Shown here one piece after another: positions 59,452 to 64,000 of a DNA stretch of 64,000 nt. Origin of the DNA: an uncultured Methanosarcinaceae archaeon. GTDB taxonomy: Archaea; Halobacteriota; Methanosarcinia; Methanosarcinales; Methanosarcinaceae. The position numbers were made by a program, and so were the translations under genes. Positions within the stretch are counted from its first letter, which is position 1. The number at the start of each line of letters is the position of its first letter. Location: positions 160,001 to 224,000 of the forward strand of contig CAVSHT010000011.1 in NCBI GenBank assembly GCA_963727895.1. The letters run 5' to 3'. Below the pieces are notes generated by a model that was given only the letters and a program-made list of their open reading frames with translations, was not told where the DNA came from and did not search any database.

Positions 59452-62400
59452 TCACTTTTTTGTTTCTGTTTCTATTTTTGAACGTATCATCTTAGCACGC
59501 TTAGAGATTTTTGTAGCTTCTCGATTCCTTTTTATGTAATTCAACAAGGATGGATAATGCTCTAAGAGACTAGCAAGCTCAAGAATATTTTCCCCTTTGG
59601 TTTTTTCCATAACTTTAATTGCTCGCTCAAAATAAGGTGTGGATTTGAGATACTTTTTTTGTTTGTATAAACAAATTGCTAAATTTTGAAGGCGATTACA
59701 CATATCTGGATGTTCAGGGCCAAGTGCTTTTTCTGTGATTTTCAAGGCACGAGTATACAGAGACTCGTCTTCAGAATATCTGCCTATATCAATATAAACT
59801 CCGGCTAAATTATTAAGGCACGTACTTATATTTGGATGTTCAAAGCCAAGCACTTTTTCTGTGATTTTCAAGGCACGAGTATACAGAGGTTCAGCTTCAG
59901 AATACCTGCCCAAATCAATATAAACTGTGGCTAAATTATTAAGGCAATTACCCATATCTGGATGTTCAGGACCAAACACTTTTTCAGTGATATTCAATGC
60001 TCGGATTCGTAGTGATTCGGCTTCTGAATACCTACCCAAATCTCTGCAAACTCCAGCTAAGTTGTCGAGGCTCTCTGCTATAGCTGGATCATCTGAATTT
60101 AAAATAGTTTCTCGGATTTTTAATGCACGTACACTTAGCGGTTCCGCTTTAGAATACTTACCTAAATATCTGTAAAGTTCCGCTAAATTGTTAAGACTCT
60201 CTGCTATAGCTGAATTATCTGAATTTAAAGTATTTTCTCGAATATCAAGTGCATGCAAATATAGTGGTTCTGCTTCAGAGTACCTACCTAAATCGTAATA
60301 CATCCTCCCTAAATTATTGAAACTTTCAGAAATATCAAAATGTTCAGGTTCCAGAATATTCTTTCTGATTTCCAATGAACTTTTTAAAAGTACCTCACTT
60401 TCCTTAAAACGTGCACTTTTATGCAGGTAACTACAGGTTGCGTTTAACAATTTTGCGGACTCTTCAGTTTCGAGGTCCCACAACCCAATACTTATTCTGC
60501 ACAGGTATGAGCATGTGGAAGAAGTTTCTCGCAAAGTTCCCAATTTTTATACTCAACCTCAGGAAATGCACGGTTTACAGCTTTAACAACACTTTCAGCC
60601 CAGAGTTTCTGTTCATTTATTTCCATTCCGTCTTTAAGAACAGCCTGTACAAGATGGTGGATATCATAAGTATGGGAACCAGCATCACGATTAATTAAAG
60701 AGTATTGCCAAAGTGGATTAAGAATTTCATCAAAAACTAGTGGATCTATATCAGCTTCAGCAAATGCGGCAGAAATTAACGGTCCTAACTCATTCGCCCC
60801 TTTATAAAAAATATCAGATGGTATTTCGTTTGGATTGAGAAAAGCACTGACATATACAAAATCTGCTGATACCTTTGAATTTTTCGTTACTTTTTCAAAA
60901 TTCATTAACCAAGTGGCGGCTATCGATTCTGGGTATTTATTAGTATTGATTGGAGATTTTTCTAATAACTTCAAACCACGTTTATTGTAGCTGACCAAAT
61001 AATCTTTGAAACTGGAGTTGTTTGCATAAATATAGGCTCCTGCTTGTTCTAAAGCCAATGGGAGATAACCAAGTTCATGTACAAGCTTTTCAAGGGCTTC
61101 AATCTCGGATTGATCCAGATTATTACGCAGCGTGCGTTTCAAAAGGAAACTTTTAGCTTCGTCAGGAGTCATTGCCTCCATATCAACAAGTTTTGTAATG
61201 TCCAATTTATCAAAAACTCTTAACCTTGAGGTTAGGAGAATATGCCCTTTGGGATCTGGGAGGAGATAACGCTTTACAAAAGAAATGTCATCTGCATTGT
61301 CAAAAACAAGTAACCATTTTTCGTGGGTTCTAAACCAGTTTAATACAGATGAAACAATATTATTCTGGTCGGAGTCGTTTTTAACCGGTAAATTCAATAA
61401 TTTTGCAATATCGACGTAGCTGGAAATTATTTAATCTTCAGAATAAGCTTTTACCCAGAATATAAATTCATATTCAGCACGATAACGATAAGTATATTCA
61501 ATCGCAGTTTGTGTTTTCCCAATACCTCCAAGTCCACACACAGCAACAGGTTGAGATACAACAACCGTATTCTCTGAAAGAAGAGCTTCACGTATTTGTT
61601 TTAACTTGTCTTTACGTCCTGTAAAACGAAGATTTCTTGAATAAGGAATGTTTGATATTGCGGTTTTTGTTTCTTGCTCAGTCTCAGAAGATGTCAGTTT
61701 TTTTAGATTTCCAACATATGAGTTTTCACTATTTTGTTTAGTTAGAAATTGAAAAGAAGAATCACCCGTTTGCTGCATTTGTTCATTTAAAACAGCAATT
61801 ATCTCCGAAGGAAATTTTGGGGCATGATCATACTCCACTACAGCAGAATTATTTGATATTGTAATTGGAATTCCATACTTGACCAGAACATCCATAACAG
61901 GTTGAGTTTTAATTTTAAATTTGTTAATGAACTCTTCATGGATGAAAGAATTATACGGTCCAAAGTCTTCAGAGCGAAGCCTGATTGTTATAAGAATCTC
62001 GCCAGAATCATTGAAAACGACCTTTGTGTTGTTATGCACCCACCAGAAAACACTATTATGGACATCAAGTGAAAAATTCAGAACGGTTTTAATCGAAACT
62101 CTATTGCTGTCAATATCAAGCTCATCTGCAAAACGTAAAAGCGCCGCCACCATTCTTTTACGCTCATGAGGATCAAAGATTAAACCTTCTGAACATTTAG
62201 TAAGAAATAATTTGGAATGGTATTTACAAATATCCATTAAATCATTAACTAAATCATCAGGCACACTTTTAATGGCACTATGTAATTCAGATGTGTTATT
62301 TCCGTATGCATCGTCAATCCATGCAGCAGTTAAATATTGATGATTTTTACGAATCTGTCTTTGATCATCTACAGAATACGTGCTAGACTTCTTTGAATTA

Positions 62401-62735
62401 AATTCACCGTCAAATTCTGCACCTAAATTTTCAGCTTTAGCCTTAAGTTGGGGAAACTTAACGATATCACATTGCATTCCTATATCATGTAGATAAATGC
62501 CTGCAAATAGCAGGTATATTTCTTGTTCTGAAAAATCCTTGTCTAATTTCGCCTGAAGTAACTTATCCACAAAATGAGCAAGCCTTTCACTATGTTTAAC
62601 ACCATGATCAGTATAATCCTGTACTATTCTAGGAGCATCACTTGCCCAGATCTCTTCCATTGCCCCACGAATAGAATTAAGGCTATCGAGCAAACGGCGA
62701 TCAGAAATGTATTCAGTTATACTTTTAGTTTCCAC
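59452..62735 (-). pseudogene. HD-domain + NB-ARC (STAND) + TPR protein, broken by an in-frame TAA (61431) and a frameshift (~60495)
   Basis: YTDHGVKH, YLHDIGM, LRFADELD; GLGGIGKT Walker A, LLVFDNA Walker B, GYLPLAL; about 7 LNNLA..Y..LGRY.EAE TPRs. Confidence 0.88.
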
Positions 62736-63123
62736 TTTAGTAAATGTCTCCGTTGAAATGTCACTTCGTTTTGTTGAAGCATCCGAATTCTGAATGACAA
62801 GCGAAATTTTTGATGTAAATAATTTTATAAATTATTATTTAAGCTTTGTTAAATTTTTGTGTGTTTTTAAGTTATCATTCGAAATTAACGAAAATGGATG
62901 ATATTAACGTAGTTTTGGGAAAAACAAAGTAAACATTTGAACCCAATTTCAAGACAAAAAGCTAATACTTCTTGGGTCAAAACAACTAAAAATAGTTAAA
63001 AGCTACGAAAAATCAGGTGCAGTAAAGACGATCAATTCCCGAAAATGGAAAATAACCGGCATTTACTGCGTTTTAAATTATGATTTGTAGAGTGCTGGAA
63101 ATATTTCTCAGCTTTTTTTAAAA

Positions 63124-64000
63124 TTATGTTCCGCATTCCCAGTCGTTCATGTAGCATTCCTGTGTCGACGTGAGTTCATCGATACTTACGCCCATTGATT
63201 CAAGCTTCATTTTTGCTACAAAAGTATCAAGCTCAAGAGGAACTTTGTGAACTCCATTTGGAAGCTTATTTTCGGCGATATAGCGTACACAAAGAGCCTG
63301 GTTTGCAAAACTCATATCCATAACCTCGGCAGGATGGCCGTCGCCAGCAGCAAGGTTAACCAGTCTTCCTTCAGCTATAACATTAATGCGCCTGTCGCCG
63401 AGATCATATTCCTTTATATTGTGTCTTACTGTTCTGCTGGATTTCGCAAGTGAAGCAAGGGCTTCCATATCGATTTCTACATTGAAGTGCCCGGAATTTG
63501 CAAGGATCGCTCCGTCAGGCATGGACTTGAAATGTTCGGCTGTAAGGATATCCCGATTTCCTGTGGTGGTCACAAAGATTTCACCTACTTTTGCGGCATC
63601 TGCCATTTTCATAACCCTGTACCCGTCCATCCTTGCTTCAAGAGCTCTTATAGGATCGACTTCGGTAACGATTACATTTGCCCCAAGTCCTGAAGCTCGC
63701 ATGGCAACTCCGCGCCCGCACCAGCCGTAGCCTGCAACAACAACATTTTTGCCTGCAACCAGAAGATTTGTGGTCCTATTAATTCCGTCCCATGCTGACT
63801 GACCTGTTCCATAACGGTTGTCAAACAGATATTTAGTCATGGCATCGTTTACTGCGATTACCGGCATTTTCAAGGCTCCATCCTTGTCCATTGAATGAAG
63901 TCTATGAACGCCAGTTGTTGTTTCTTCACAGCCGCCAAGGATATTCGGGAGCAGATCGGTTCTTTCTGTATGTAACTTAAATATAAGATCTGCTCCGTCA
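63124..64000 (-). CDS. ahcY: Adenosylhomocysteinase (5' end outside the window)
   Basis: [38 protein letters not shown]. Confidence 0.97.
   Translation of the reverse strand, partial: DGADLIFKLHTERTDLLPNILGGCEETTTGVHRLHSMDKDGALKMPVIAVNDAMTKYLFDNRYGTGQSAWDGINRTTNLLVAGKNVVVAGYGWCGRGVAMRASGLGANVIVTEVDPIRALEARMDGYRVMKMADAAKVGEIFVTTTGNRDILTAEHFKSMPDGAILANSGHFNVEIDMEALASLAKSSRTVRHNIKEYDLGDRRINVIAEGRLVNLAAGDGHPAEVMDMSFANQALCVRYIAENKLPNGVHKVPLELDTFVAKMKLESMGVSIDELTSTQECYMNDWECGT

Overview
This is an archaeal chromosome segment, most consistent with Methanosarcina (inferred from the CRISPR repeat family, split rpoB/rpoA operon, MEDS-PAS kinases and archaeal EF-1a/EF-2). (1) 1-9522: a long CRISPR array read on the minus strand. 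It has about 122 copies of a 37-bp repeat (B) fused without a break, at its leader-distal end, to at least 8 copies of a different 37-bp repeat (A) that runs off the window. (2) 9636-18350: a type I-B cas operon (cas8b-cas7-cas5-cas3-cas6-cas1-cas2-cas4); six of the eight genes carry apparent indels. (3) 19.2-22.9 kb: an unannotated accessory module with an AbrB-like three-gene operon, an RHH-ParB-like gene with palindromic operators, a palindromic repeat tract and a ~330-nt GC-rich multi-hairpin element bounded by an 11-bp direct repeat (candidate novel ncRNA or ssDNA signal). (4) 23.6-38.4 kb: an IS-rich region with three IS1-like copies, GNAT, a Na/Ca exchanger, two MarC genes, msrA, a broken Roco gene and other pseudogenes. 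(5) 38.8-53.0 kb: the conserved tRNA-Lys-rpoH-rpoB''-rpoB'-rpoA'-rpoA''-L30e-nusA-S12-S7-EF2-EF1a-S10 cluster. (6) 53.5-64 kb: a two-component cluster, a disrupted HD-NB-ARC-TPR gene and the 3' part of ahcY. The most notable signals are the structured element at 22558-22892 with its neighbouring module, the two-repeat hybrid array, and an apparent switch to mRNA-antisense spacers among the newest ~23 spacers. All counts and structures were read by eye; nothing was computed or searched.
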